Shown one piece after another: positions 9,707-17,715 of a stretch of DNA of 64,000 nucleotides. Source of the DNA: an uncultured virus (IMG/VR IMGVR_UViG_3300047546_001190). Taxonomy: Duplodnaviria; Heunggongvirae; Uroviricota; Caudoviricetes. The stretch lies in the IMG/VR virus record IMGVR_UViG_3300047546_001190. One strand, written 5' to 3'. The stretch's first letter is position 1. Each line of letters begins with the position of its first letter. The notes under the pieces were generated by a model, which was not told the origin of the DNA, searched no databases, and worked only from the letters and a program-made list of their open reading frames with translations. The translations under genes were made by a program, and so were the position numbers.

Positions 9707-11173
9707 ATGAAACTCAATCAACTGATGCTTGCACCTGTTGCTCTGGGAATGGTTGCTCCTGCTGCGATTGCCGCAGACCTTAATATGAATGGGGTCAACC
9801 AATACAATTCCGCAGAACAGGTTACAAGCGTCACTCAATTCTCTGATGTCCGTCCAACCGATTGGGCATATCAGGCACTCAGCAACCTCGTAGAACGATA
9901 TGGTTGTGTTGCTGGTTATCCTAATGGCACCTTTGCTGGTGGTCGTGCTTTGACTCGTTATGAGGCAGCAGCACTTCTGAATGCTTGCCTGGATCGTGTG
10001 ACTGAAGTTACTGATGAACTCAAGCGTCTTCAAGCAGAGTTTGCACAAGAACTTGCTGTGCTCCGTGGTCGTGTAGACAAACTGGAAGCACAGGTTGGTG
10101 AACTTGAAGCAACCCAGTTCTCCACTACTACCAAACTGCGTGGTGAAGCAAACTTTGTTCTTGGTGGTGTTGATGACTACCAAACCAAAAGTGGTGATGT
10201 AACTCACACTGCATTCAACTACGATCTGCGTCTGAACCTGGACACTTCGTTCACTGGTAATGACCTTCTCCGCACTCGTCTGCGTTCTTCCAACTTCAGT
10301 GCTGATCCTTTCGGTTCCAGTTCTTCAATTTTTAAACTGGATAAGGCAGATAGCACTACCAGTGAAGTTGGTAACAACGTAGTTATCGATCGTCTGTATT
10401 ATTCATTCCCTGCTTTCAATAACACCACTACTATTACTGCTGGTGCTCTTGTTCGTAATACTGAAATCGCATGGGTTCCTTCTGCATATGAGTCCAAGAT
10501 CCTTGACTTCTTCCAAGTAGCAGGTGCTCCTGGTGTTTATAACAAGGCAGTTGGTTCTGGTTTCGGTATCCAGTATGGTAAGAAGGGTCTTGTTGCTGGT
10601 ATCAACTATGTTGCCCAAGCAGGACAAGATAGCACCCGTGGTGAGTTTGATCGATCTGGTGCTCTGAATACTCTGGCACAAATCGGTTATCGTGGTACTA
10701 ACTGGGGTGCTGCATTCGGTTATCGTTATGGTACTGAAGGCACTCGTGTTCGCACCTATAACGGTCTGAATGGTGCTTCTGGTGCTCTGGTTCCTGGTCA
10801 AACCTCTAATGGTTATGCACTGAACGCTTACTGGCAACCTTCGCAATCTGGTTGGGCTCCTTCGATCTCAGCAGGTTATGGTTGGAATACTGTAAGTGGT
10901 ACTCAAAGTGCTGCTACCAATAGTCAATCCTGGTTCGCTGGTCTTCAGTGGGCAGATGTATTTGCTAAGGGTAACTCTGCTGGTGTTGCTATCGGTCAGG
11001 CACCTACTGGTGAGAACCTTGAGAAGTCCACTCTTCTTGAAGTCTTCTACAAGTACCAAGTGTCTGATAACATCAGCATCACTCCTGCTATCATCTACGG
11101 TAGTGATAACCAACGTCTTGCTGGTAACTCCTCCAACTGGGGTGGTGTAATTCAGACAACCTTCAAGTTCTGA
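9707..11173 (+). CDS. cyanobacterial outer-membrane porin (Som/OprB type) with SLH domain
   Basis: Signal peptide, SLH motif FSDVRPTDWAYQAL..YGCVAGYPNGTF..TRYE, coiled coil, FSTTTKL, C-terminal TTFKF. Confidence 0.93.
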   Translation: MKLNQLMLAPVALGMVAPAAIAADLNMNGVNQYNSAEQVTSVTQFSDVRPTDWAYQALSNLVERYGCVAGYPNGTFAGGRALTRYEAAALLNACLDRVTEVTDELKRLQAEFAQELAVLRGRVDKLEAQVGELEATQFSTTTKLRGEANFVLGGVDDYQTKSGDVTHTAFNYDLRLNLDTSFTGNDLLRTRLRSSNFSADPFGSSSSIFKLDKADSTTSEVGNNVVIDRLYYSFPAFNNTTTITAGALVRNTEIAWVPSAYESKILDFFQVAGAPGVYNKAVGSGFGIQYGKKGLVAGINYVAQAGQDSTRGEFDRSGALNTLAQIGYRGTNWGAAFGYRYGTEGTRVRTYNGLNGASGALVPGQTSNGYALNAYWQPSQSGWAPSISAGYGWNTVSGTQSAATNSQSWFAGLQWADVFAKGNSAGVAIGQAPTGENLEKSTLLEVFYKYQVSDNISITPAIIYGSDNQRLAGNSSNWGGVIQTTFKF

Positions 11174-11194
11174 TAATTCATCATAAGTTGAGTT

Positions 11195-11224
11195 AGACCA
11201 CTTCCGAAAGGAGTGGTCTTTTTA
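11195..11224 (+). terminator. intrinsic terminator after the porin
   Basis: AGACCACTTCC-GAAA-GGAGTGGTCT hairpin followed by a T-run. Confidence 0.8.
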
Positions 11225-11237
11225 TTTGGTCAACTTC

Positions 11238-11282
11238 CTTAACCTTCTCTTGGTTGACCTTTACTTTTGCTTCCTTTAGAAT
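11238..11282 (+). promoter_or_regulatory. pstS promoter with possible Pho-box unit
   Basis: CTTAACCT at 11238; TTGACC(11254)-N17-TAGAAT(11277). Confidence 0.5.
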
Positions 11283-11305
11283 TTCTTTGTAGTTATTCAC
11301 TTTTT

Positions 11306-12271
11306 ATGAAACTCAAAAACTTTATTGCTGTTGGTCTTGCTCTTGCTCCTGCTGCTGCATTTGCTGGATCTACTTTGAATGGTGCTGGTGCTACCTTCCC
11401 CGCACCTCTTTATCAACGATGGTTCCAAGATTATGCACGAACTTCTGGGAGTAGGGTTAATTATCAGTCCGTTGGTTCTGGTGCTGGTGTTCGTCAATTC
11501 CTTGCGGGCACGGTTGACTTCGCAGCAAGCGACGAACCAATCAAAGCATCAGAAGCAGCAAAGGTAAAGCGTGGTGTCGTTCAAATTCCTATGGTAGGTG
11601 GAACGATTGCTGTTGCTTACAACAAACCAGGATGTAATCTGAAACTCACTCAGAAGCAAACTGTAGACATCTTTGCTGGACGTATCAAAGATTGGAGCAA
11701 ACTACCTAACTGTGGTAATGGTCCCATTCGTGTAGTGTATCGTTCTGATGGTTCTGGAACTACCTTTGCTTTTACTAATTCACTAGATGCTTTTGGTGGT
11801 TGGACTGTTGGTGTAGGTAAGGCAGTTAAGTGGCCTACTGGTATTGGTTCTAAAGGTAATGAAGGTGTTTCTGGAACTGTTCGTAACACTCCTGGTGCGA
11901 TTGGTTATGTGAATACTGGATTTGTCAAAGCAAATAAACTCCAAGCAGCATCAATTCAAAATAAGGCAGGTAAGTTTATTCTTCCTACTGCCACTTCTGG
12001 AGCAGCTGCTCTGAATAGTATTAAACTGGATGCTAATCTTGCAGGAGAAAATCCTAATCCTTCTGGTGCTGGTGCATATCCCATTTCCACTCTGACTTGG
12101 GTTCTTGCTTATCGTAGTGGTAATGGTGCCAAGGCAGATGATATTCGTGGAGCTCTGAATTATGCTCTGAGTACAAAGGCACAAATGATTGCTGATGACT
12201 TGGGTTATGTTCCTCTTGCAGGAGCAGTTCTGAACAAGGCACGTATTGCTGTGAACCGAATTGGTCAGTAA
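11306..12271 (+). CDS. pstS: phosphate ABC transporter substrate-binding protein PstS
   Basis: Signal peptide, GAGATFPAPLY, YQSVGSGAG, RSDGSGTT, GAYPI; ATG 11306. Confidence 0.96.
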   Translation: MKLKNFIAVGLALAPAAAFAGSTLNGAGATFPAPLYQRWFQDYARTSGSRVNYQSVGSGAGVRQFLAGTVDFAASDEPIKASEAAKVKRGVVQIPMVGGTIAVAYNKPGCNLKLTQKQTVDIFAGRIKDWSKLPNCGNGPIRVVYRSDGSGTTFAFTNSLDAFGGWTVGVGKAVKWPTGIGSKGNEGVSGTVRNTPGAIGYVNTGFVKANKLQAASIQNKAGKFILPTATSGAAALNSIKLDANLAGENPNPSGAGAYPISTLTWVLAYRSGNGAKADDIRGALNYALSTKAQMIADDLGYVPLAGAVLNKARIAVNRIGQ

Positions 12272-12301
12272 ATCTTAACAAAATAAGTATAAATGATTAT
12301 G

Positions 12302-12338
12302 AGGGGTGCTTGACGCCCCTTTATTTTTCCTATATAAT
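12302..12338 (+). promoter_or_regulatory. terminator hairpin with embedded -35 box, followed by the -10 box for the hli operon
   Basis: AGGGGTG-CTTGA-CGCCCCT then T-rich tract; TTGACG(12310)-N17-TATAAT(12333). Confidence 0.7.
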
Positions 12339-12366
12339 TGTGTAACAATTCTTAAAGAATGCAAAA

Positions 12367-12576
12367 ATGACTGTAACAAAAAATGAGTTCGGGCAAATGA
12401 ATATGTTTGCCAAAGAACCATCGATGTATATGACCAAGGAAGACCTTGAGCGTTATGGCATCGAACCCTATGCTGAGAAAGCGGAGAAAATGAATGGACG
12501 TTGGGCTATGCTCGGTATTGTTGCTGGGGCTATTTCTTATGCTCTCACTGGGCACCTCTTCTTTGGAGTAGTCTGA
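12367..12576 (+). CDS. hli: high-light inducible protein
   Basis: AEKMNGRWAMLG chlorophyll-binding motif, single TM helix. Confidence 0.93.
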   Translation: MTVTKNEFGQMNMFAKEPSMYMTKEDLERYGIEPYAEKAEKMNGRWAMLGIVAGAISYALTGHLFFGVV

Positions 12577-12585
12577 GACTTGACG

Positions 12586-12672
12586 ATGACTTCAATTATC
12601 TTTACAATAACATCAGTTGCCTTCTTTGTTTTGTTGGCAGCATCCGTTGAAAAAATTTGCGAGACTTACTAA
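12586..12672 (+). CDS. 28-aa hydrophobic micro-protein
   Basis: [28 protein letters not shown]; stop overlaps petF ATG (TAATG). Confidence 0.5.
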   Translation: MTSIIFTITSVAFFVLLAASVEKICETY

Positions 12673-12965
12673 TGACCATTTTTAATGTCACTCTCCAGTC
12701 CCCTGATGGCACCGAAACTACTATCGAATGTGCTGATGACCAATACATTCTTGAAGCAGCAGAAGAGGCAGGTGTTGACCTCCCTTCTTCGTGTAAGGCA
12801 GGTGCTTGCTCTGCCTGTGCTGGCAAACTCATCTCTGGCACCGTTGACAACGAAGAACAGTCGTTCCTTGATGATGAACAGCAAGCAGAAGGTTGGGTTC
12901 TCACTTGCGTTGCTTATCCCACAAGTGATTGTGTGATTCTCACCGAACAGGAAGAGAACCTGTGA
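12672..12965 (+). CDS. petF: plant-type [2Fe-2S] ferredoxin
   Basis: [20 protein letters not shown] cysteine pattern. Confidence 0.96.
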   Translation: MTIFNVTLQSPDGTETTIECADDQYILEAAEEAGVDLPSSCKAGACSACAGKLISGTVDNEEQSFLDDEQQAEGWVLTCVAYPTSDCVILTEQEENL

Positions 12966-13237
12966 GCACTGCTGGTATGTTGGGGCAGTTTGCTATTGCC
13001 CTTGAAAAACTCGGATGGGATGCTGATGATGAAATCTCCGTGGAGATTGGTGGTGTAGCAGTAACAGGAACTGCTACCAGTCCAAATGCAAATCCAAAAT
13101 GGGCAAAACCATTTGGAACAGTTTCTTATCAAAACGATGCCTTCATCGTAATCAAAAACAAGTCAAGGAATCCTGTAGTTCCTTCACAACCAAATCCTGA
13201 ACTTAAACAAAAACATTCTTATCAAGGAGCAAACTAA
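12962..13237 (+). CDS. hypothetical protein
   Basis: ORF coupled to petF (GTGA) and to the next hli (TAATG); start GTG 12962 or ATG 12977. Confidence 0.65.
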   Translation: MSTAGMLGQFAIALEKLGWDADDEISVEIGGVAVTGTATSPNANPKWAKPFGTVSYQNDAFIVIKNKSRNPVVPSQPNPELKQKHSYQGAN

Positions 13238-13344
13238 TGAACGAACGTGCAGAACGTATTAATGGATGGGCAGCGATGATCGGCATCGTTGCTGCTATGG
13301 GGTCTTATGCCCTTACTGGTCAAATTATTCCTGGTATTTGGTGA
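13237..13344 (+). CDS. hli: high-light inducible protein (short, 35 aa; not in ORF track)
   Basis: [35 protein letters not shown]; AExxNG..AM.G and TGQIIPG motifs; GGAG RBS. Confidence 0.93.
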   Translation: MNERAERINGWAAMIGIVAAMGSYALTGQIIPGIW

Positions 13345-13393
13345 ATTAATGTTTAATATTTTTAAGAAAAAAGAAAATACTATGGAGGTTAAA

Positions 13394-13921
13394 ATGCGTA
13401 AAGAACAATATCAAGTTCCACAAGTACAATTTGTATTTCGTGAGAATGGTGAGTTTGTAACCCGTACTACTTCAGAACTTTTCGATGGAAAGCGTGTGGT
13501 CCTGTTTAGCCTGCCTGGTGCTTTCACTCCTACTTGCAGTGCCTATCAGCTTCCTGGATTCGAAGAGAAATTTGACGACTTTATTGGTAGTGGCATCGAC
13601 GATATTTACTGCATCTCTGTTAATGATGGGTTTGTAATGAATGCCTGGGCACAAGACCAGAACATTAAGAACGTAAAACTTATCCCTGACGGTAATGCAT
13701 ATTTCACCCGTTCTATGGGAATGCTTGTCAATAAGTCCAACCTTGGTTTCGGTGATCGGTCTTGGCGTTATGCTATGGTCGTGGATAACGGAGTCATCGA
13801 AAAACTATTCGTTGAGGCAGGGCAACGGGACAACGCAGACACCGACCCTTACGAGACGACTACTCCAGAAGTGGTTCTCGAATATGTAAAATCCACAGTT
13901 CGAGAAACAGCAACTGTTTGA
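13394..13921 (+). CDS. type II peroxiredoxin (Prx5/redoxin family)
   Basis: LPGAFTPTCS, SVNDGFVMNAW, RSWRYAM; GGAGG RBS before ATG 13394 (alternative starts 13349/13382). Confidence 0.92.
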   Translation: MRKEQYQVPQVQFVFRENGEFVTRTTSELFDGKRVVLFSLPGAFTPTCSAYQLPGFEEKFDDFIGSGIDDIYCISVNDGFVMNAWAQDQNIKNVKLIPDGNAYFTRSMGMLVNKSNLGFGDRSWRYAMVVDNGVIEKLFVEAGQRDNADTDPYETTTPEVVLEYVKSTVRETATV

Positions 13922-13923
13922 GT

Positions 13924-13948
13924 AAAGGAGGGGTAACCCTCCTTTTTT
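13924..13948 (+). terminator. intrinsic terminator
   Basis: AAAGGAGGG-GTAA-CCCTCCTTTTT. Confidence 0.8.
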
Positions 13949-13978
13949 AATAAATATATTATCGAATGAATAGGAACG

Positions 13979-14680
13979 ATGAGAGTAGATCTTCACAATT
14001 TCTTTAAGCACTACGACGAAAAAAACCCCAAGCATGTGGCAGCAGTAGAACAACTTGAGGTTGATTTGGCAGGTAAGTGCGAAGATCTACTTGAGGACTC
14101 AGCAAACTGGGTAAAAATTTATAGAACCAAATTAGATCCAGTTGTTCCTGGAGTTCTTAACGTTCCATACTATCCGCAGACAGATAATTACAGAGATGCA
14201 AATCGAACCTGTAATTCATCTTCTTGTGCTATGTGCTTAGAGTATTTTAAACCAGGCACACTCAAAGGAGCAAAGGGCGATGATGCCTATGTTCAAAAAG
14301 TATTTTCAATCGGTGATTCAACAGACCACACAGTTCAGACAAAAGTTCTGGAATCTTACGGTATTAAATCCCACTTCAGTTACAATCTTTCTTTTGCTGA
14401 TCTTGATCGTGAGCTTGCCGCTGGAAGACCTGTTGTTATTGGCATTCTTCATAGGGGGACTTTATCTCGTCCCACAGGCGGACACATGGTAGTTGTAATT
14501 GGTAAGAAAGGTGAAGACTATGTTGTAAATGATCCTTATGGTTCACTGAATGATGGATACACTGGAGCAGTAACTAACGGTAGAGGTGCAGTGTACAAAA
14601 AGTCTGATCTTACTTATCGTTGGTTGGAGAGAGGTAAGGATAAAACTGGATGGGGTAGAATCTTTGATGTAAAAAAGTAG
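13979..14680 (+). CDS. C39-like cysteine peptidase (probable endolysin/cell-wall peptidase)
   Basis: VPYYPQ, RTCNSSS (Cys), GGHMVV (His), VNDPYG (Asp). Confidence 0.82.
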   Translation: MRVDLHNFFKHYDEKNPKHVAAVEQLEVDLAGKCEDLLEDSANWVKIYRTKLDPVVPGVLNVPYYPQTDNYRDANRTCNSSSCAMCLEYFKPGTLKGAKGDDAYVQKVFSIGDSTDHTVQTKVLESYGIKSHFSYNLSFADLDRELAAGRPVVIGILHRGTLSRPTGGHMVVVIGKKGEDYVVNDPYGSLNDGYTGAVTNGRGAVYKKSDLTYRWLERGKDKTGWGRIFDVKK

Positions 14681-14713
14681 AAACGACATCACAGGTTCCT
14701 CAGTGTGGTGTCG
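14671..14713 (+). promoter_or_regulatory. putative programmed -1 ribosomal frameshift signal
   Basis: A_AAA_AAG at 14671-14677 in the zero frame directly before TAG; 6-nt spacer; stem CGACAUCACA(14684-93)/UGUGGUGUCG(14704-13). Confidence 0.8.
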
Positions 14714-15153
14714 ATCTAATCAAACAGTTTGAAGGTTGTCACTTGACTGCTTATCCTGATCCTCTAACTGGTGGACTTCCAATTACTATTGGTTGGGGAT
14801 CCACCCGTAAAAGAAATGGGCAACCTTTTCACCTGAAAGAAACAATCACTCAAGAAGAGGCAAATGATTTATTAATCTTTGATATTGAATCTAAGTTTTT
14901 ACCAGCACTTCAAAAGATACCTTATTGGGATGAAATGAATGATAATCAACGTGGAGCATTATTATCTTTTGCTTATAATCTCGGTGCTAACTTCTACGGT
15001 AGTAGGGGCTTCAACACTATTACAACTAATCTTAAACAAAAAAATTGGAAAGCAATCCCAGAAACCTTAAAGTTATATCGTAATCCTGGTAGTAATGTTG
15101 AGGTTGGATTGTTAAGAAGAAGAGGTGCTGAAGGTAAACTTTGGTCTTCATAA
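14677..15153 (+). CDS. GH24 phage lysozyme domain, -1 frame extension of the peptidase
   Basis: GVDLIKQFEGCHLTAYPD..PITIGWG (E-D-T triad), ALLSFAYNLG, GLLRRR; no ATG/GTG/TTG between in-frame TGA 14665 and the catalytic Glu. Confidence 0.88.
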   Translation, partial: VETTSQVPQCGVDLIKQFEGCHLTAYPDPLTGGLPITIGWGSTRKRNGQPFHLKETITQEEANDLLIFDIESKFLPALQKIPYWDEMNDNQRGALLSFAYNLGANFYGSRGFNTITTNLKQKNWKAIPETLKLYRNPGSNVEVGLLRRRGAEGKLWSS

Positions 15154-15197
15154 TTTGTTACAAGCAATAAATAGTATTATCGTATAGTGTCAAACAG

Positions 15198-15977
15198 ATG
15201 CCCGCCGAGCAGTGTAACAACACAGATCATGTGATCTTGTTACAGAAGCTGGATAAGATGATACTTGTTGCTGAAGAGTCGGATTATGACCTAGGATTTC
15301 GTAAAAGACTACAAGCATTTCGTAATCTTTTAGTTATCCATGCTGCTAAAACAAAAGATCTTGGTGAAGCTGCCCAATCACTTATCAATAATCATAGAAA
15401 AAGAATACTTGCTTTTGGAGTACCAATAACTTTATCTATTGCCATTCCTTATCTTGTCTTGACTAAAACATCTTGGTTTATTCAAAAACCAATAATATGC
15501 CACGAGTTTCCTACAAAAAATAAACTACATCCAGGCAAACTACAAGTCTGCGTTAATGGTGTTTCTCATCCATACAAACCAGAGAATGGTGATGTTGAGT
15601 TAGATATTACCTTTATGAGAACGCACTGGGAGAGAGTTCAGGCAGATGTAGATTTTTGGGTTACTGATGAGATTGCTGATAAGAAAGTAGATTATACTGG
15701 TGAGTATAACATTCAAAGAGTTAGAACTTATAATAGAAATGGAATTTTAGTTGATGATAGGAATAATGAAGTAAGTTCTTGGATTGATCCCCTAGTTCCT
15801 AAAGATATGAGAATACCTATGTGGAAATGGATTTATGATAATAAAGATTTATTTCACGTAGAAAAAGAATCTCTAGAAGAACAAGTATCAAAGTTCTTTA
15901 GTAGTTTGGGTGCTGTCTTCGCTACTCTTGGATCTGCAGGTATCACAATCTACAGATTTATCAAGGCTGGTCTTTGA
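15198..15977 (+). CDS. hypothetical membrane protein
   Basis: 259-aa ORF with two hydrophobic segments; ATAAATA late-like box upstream. Confidence 0.65.
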   Translation: MPAEQCNNTDHVILLQKLDKMILVAEESDYDLGFRKRLQAFRNLLVIHAAKTKDLGEAAQSLINNHRKRILAFGVPITLSIAIPYLVLTKTSWFIQKPIICHEFPTKNKLHPGKLQVCVNGVSHPYKPENGDVELDITFMRTHWERVQADVDFWVTDEIADKKVDYTGEYNIQRVRTYNRNGILVDDRNNEVSSWIDPLVPKDMRIPMWKWIYDNKDLFHVEKESLEEQVSKFFSSLGAVFATLGSAGITIYRFIKAGL

Positions 15978-16148
15978 TTTCTTATTTGCGGCATCAACAC
16001 CAAAGGTTGCTAAAGCAGAAGTAAATACGGATGCTATGAAAGTAGCATCCATTTTTTTTAAGTAATCCATGTAGTTGAGGGTTAATAAAGTAGCAGACCA
16101 TCCAAGAATAATTAATCTAATTGCTGTGAATGAACTGATATTTTTCAT
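15888..16148 (-). CDS. small two-TM membrane protein (holin candidate)
   Basis: Two hydrophobic helices and a charged C-tail; coupled (ATGA) to the upstream minus-strand ORF. Confidence 0.55.
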   Translation of the reverse strand: MKNISSFTAIRLIILGWSATLLTLNYMDYLKKMDATFIASVFTSALATFGVDAANKKSKTSLDKSVDCDTCRSKSSEDSTQTTKEL

Positions 16149-16336
16149 CTTCCCTCTTGCTTATGAATCCAAGTCTTAAGTTCGTGAAGATATTTTCTTA
16201 ACATATCTGCTTTTTCAAGATGCCACGAATCACCACTCTTGAAATACTCTTGAGTGTGATTATCGATTGCTTTTAAAATATTATGGATGGGAGCATTCCA
16301 AGGCTCACGCTTTGGAGTATTCCATTCTCTTGGCAT
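16145..16336 (-). CDS. hypothetical protein
   Basis: 63-aa ORF in a tight minus-strand operon. Confidence 0.65.
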   Translation of the reverse strand: MPREWNTPKREPWNAPIHNILKAIDNHTQEYFKSGDSWHLEKADMLRKYLHELKTWIHKQEGR

Positions 16337-16339
16337 ATA

Positions 16340-16453
16340 TCACTTCTTCTTGCCACCATTCTTTGCTTTTTTCGCAGTCGCATTACCTTGATTTTGTTTG
16401 GATTGCTTGCCACCAGCAGAACCCTTCTTACCTTTATTTGGCGACTTGGACAT
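16340..16453 (-). CDS. 37-aa Lys/Gly-rich basic micro-protein (not in ORF track)
   Basis: MSKSPNKGKKGSAGGKQSKQNQGNATAKKAKNGGKKK*; TAAATA late-like boxes upstream on the minus strand (16465-16479). Confidence 0.6.
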   Translation of the reverse strand: MSKSPNKGKKGSAGGKQSKQNQGNATAKKAKNGGKKK

Positions 16454-16509
16454 TTTGGTAGGTATATTTAGATATTTATGATAAAATAAATAATAAAAAG
16501 TTTATCAAT

Positions 16510-17517
16510 ATGAAGTATTTGTTATATGTATTACTCATATCTCTACTACCTATGAATGTATATTCGAGAGCTCTTAGACATATTGATATGGATGATGTTA
16601 AGCAAAAGCATCATCAAAAACTTGTAGAGAAAAAAATTCAAAAAGAAAAAAATAAAAAGTTTTTAGAGGAACTTACGTACAAAAATAGTCCTTTATATTC
16701 AAATTGGAGAGAAGAAATCTCTGAGGGCATGACTACAGGTGATGTATTTTCAACTACATTACCTGCTACTGGAGAAACAACTCTTTCTACTTATGAATAT
16801 GATGTAACTTTTGGACCTAACTCAAATGATCCAGACACTTTTGCTGCTGCTGGTGGTTTAATATATGATACTAGCTATTATGATACGGTTGTATTTGATT
16901 TAAGTCCTGGAACAGGATCATTAGTAATTGGATTTTTTACAGTAGGATCTAATCAAGGAACCTTTTATTCTATACCATCATCTGCTGGTACATATACAAT
17001 TACTATCCCTGATCAATATCGAATTCCAAGTGTAGCTATAGCTTGGATATCTTCTGGATCTGAAGGACAGACTACGGGGTATGGAAATTGGAGAATTTCT
17101 GATATTAGATTCCAAAGACGAACACCGATGAATGTTTTTGTTCCTCTTGATAGTCCAGAGGCAACATCATTTATTAGAACAGGTAGTGGTGATTTAACTC
17201 CAGAGGAAAAGCAAGAGAAAATAAAGGAAATGTTAGAAGCATCTGATGAATACGTGCAGCAAATGTATGGAGAGAATTTTCCTGGAAGTGGTGCTGTTCC
17301 TCCGGGAGAATCTGGTACTACCCCAGGGGTTCAGACAATTGATTATGGGCAGATTGCTCAAGTGTCTGACACTGACCCAAAACAAAATCTAGGACAACCT
17401 AAGAGACAAACTGGAACTGGTGGCAGTGGACAAGAAAAGAATATGAGGTGGGATCCACATATGAAAATGATGGTTCCAAATATTGGTCCCGGGTATAGCA
17501 TGGTTCCTTTGGCATAG
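16510..17517 (+). CDS. hypothetical protein, possibly virion-associated
   Basis: 335-aa ORF (start may be ATG 16552); SNWREEISEGMTT segment then a beta-rich domain. Confidence 0.65.
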   Translation: MKYLLYVLLISLLPMNVYSRALRHIDMDDVKQKHHQKLVEKKIQKEKNKKFLEELTYKNSPLYSNWREEISEGMTTGDVFSTTLPATGETTLSTYEYDVTFGPNSNDPDTFAAAGGLIYDTSYYDTVVFDLSPGTGSLVIGFFTVGSNQGTFYSIPSSAGTYTITIPDQYRIPSVAIAWISSGSEGQTTGYGNWRISDIRFQRRTPMNVFVPLDSPEATSFIRTGSGDLTPEEKQEKIKEMLEASDEYVQQMYGENFPGSGAVPPGESGTTPGVQTIDYGQIAQVSDTDPKQNLGQPKRQTGTGGSGQEKNMRWDPHMKMMVPNIGPGYSMVPLA

Positions 17518-17520
17518 GGA

Positions 17521-17554
17521 TTGACAGGGTTTCAAAGCAGTGATATGATAAATA
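17521..17554 (+). promoter_or_regulatory. psbA promoter, sigma70 plus overlapping late box
   Basis: TTGACA(17521)-N17-TATGAT(17544); ATAAATA at 17548. Confidence 0.75.
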
Positions 17555-17597
17555 GGTAAACAAATGTTACGAAAATCAAGGTTTTCTTAACACTTGT

Positions 17598-17705
17598 GCT
17601 CCCGTTAACCAAGACCTATGGGAGGGTAAATACGTCTTTCATATCCGCACTGGAGGGTGGTGCGGAGATAACGATACCAGTTCGTCCCCCGAACTCTTAT
17701 CTAAC
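17598..17705 (+). ncRNA. structured psbA 5' leader, probable PhotoRC-II RNA motif
   Basis: Three stems (CTCCC/GGGAG, TCCGCAC/GTGCGGA, GTTCG/CGAAC) directly upstream of psbA, where PhotoRC motifs occur. Confidence 0.65.
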
Positions 17706-17715
17706 ACTCTTACAA

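Noticed and set aside
9686..11113. Long antisense ORFs inside the porin (also inside psbA, psbD and gp32)
   Set aside because: Expected from biased codon use in highly expressed genes; no RBS or recognisable motifs.
14678..14680. TAG readthrough or stop-codon reassignment as the link between peptidase and lysozyme
   Set aside because: The zero frame hits TAA 12 codons after the TAG and the lysozyme is in the -1 frame; TAG ends other genes normally.
14743..15153. Stand-alone lysozyme starting at TTG 14743
   Set aside because: It would lack the catalytic Glu helix (LIKQFEG), which is encoded upstream in the same frame.
17556..17573. NtcA or HLR1 site at the psbA promoter (GTAAACAAATGTTAC)
   Set aside because: GTA-TAC spacing is 9 rather than 8, and the HLR1 half-site spacing is off by one.
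17596..17715. 40-aa N-terminal extension of D1
   Set aside because: D1 homology starts at ATG 17716; the region is better explained as a structured 5' leader.
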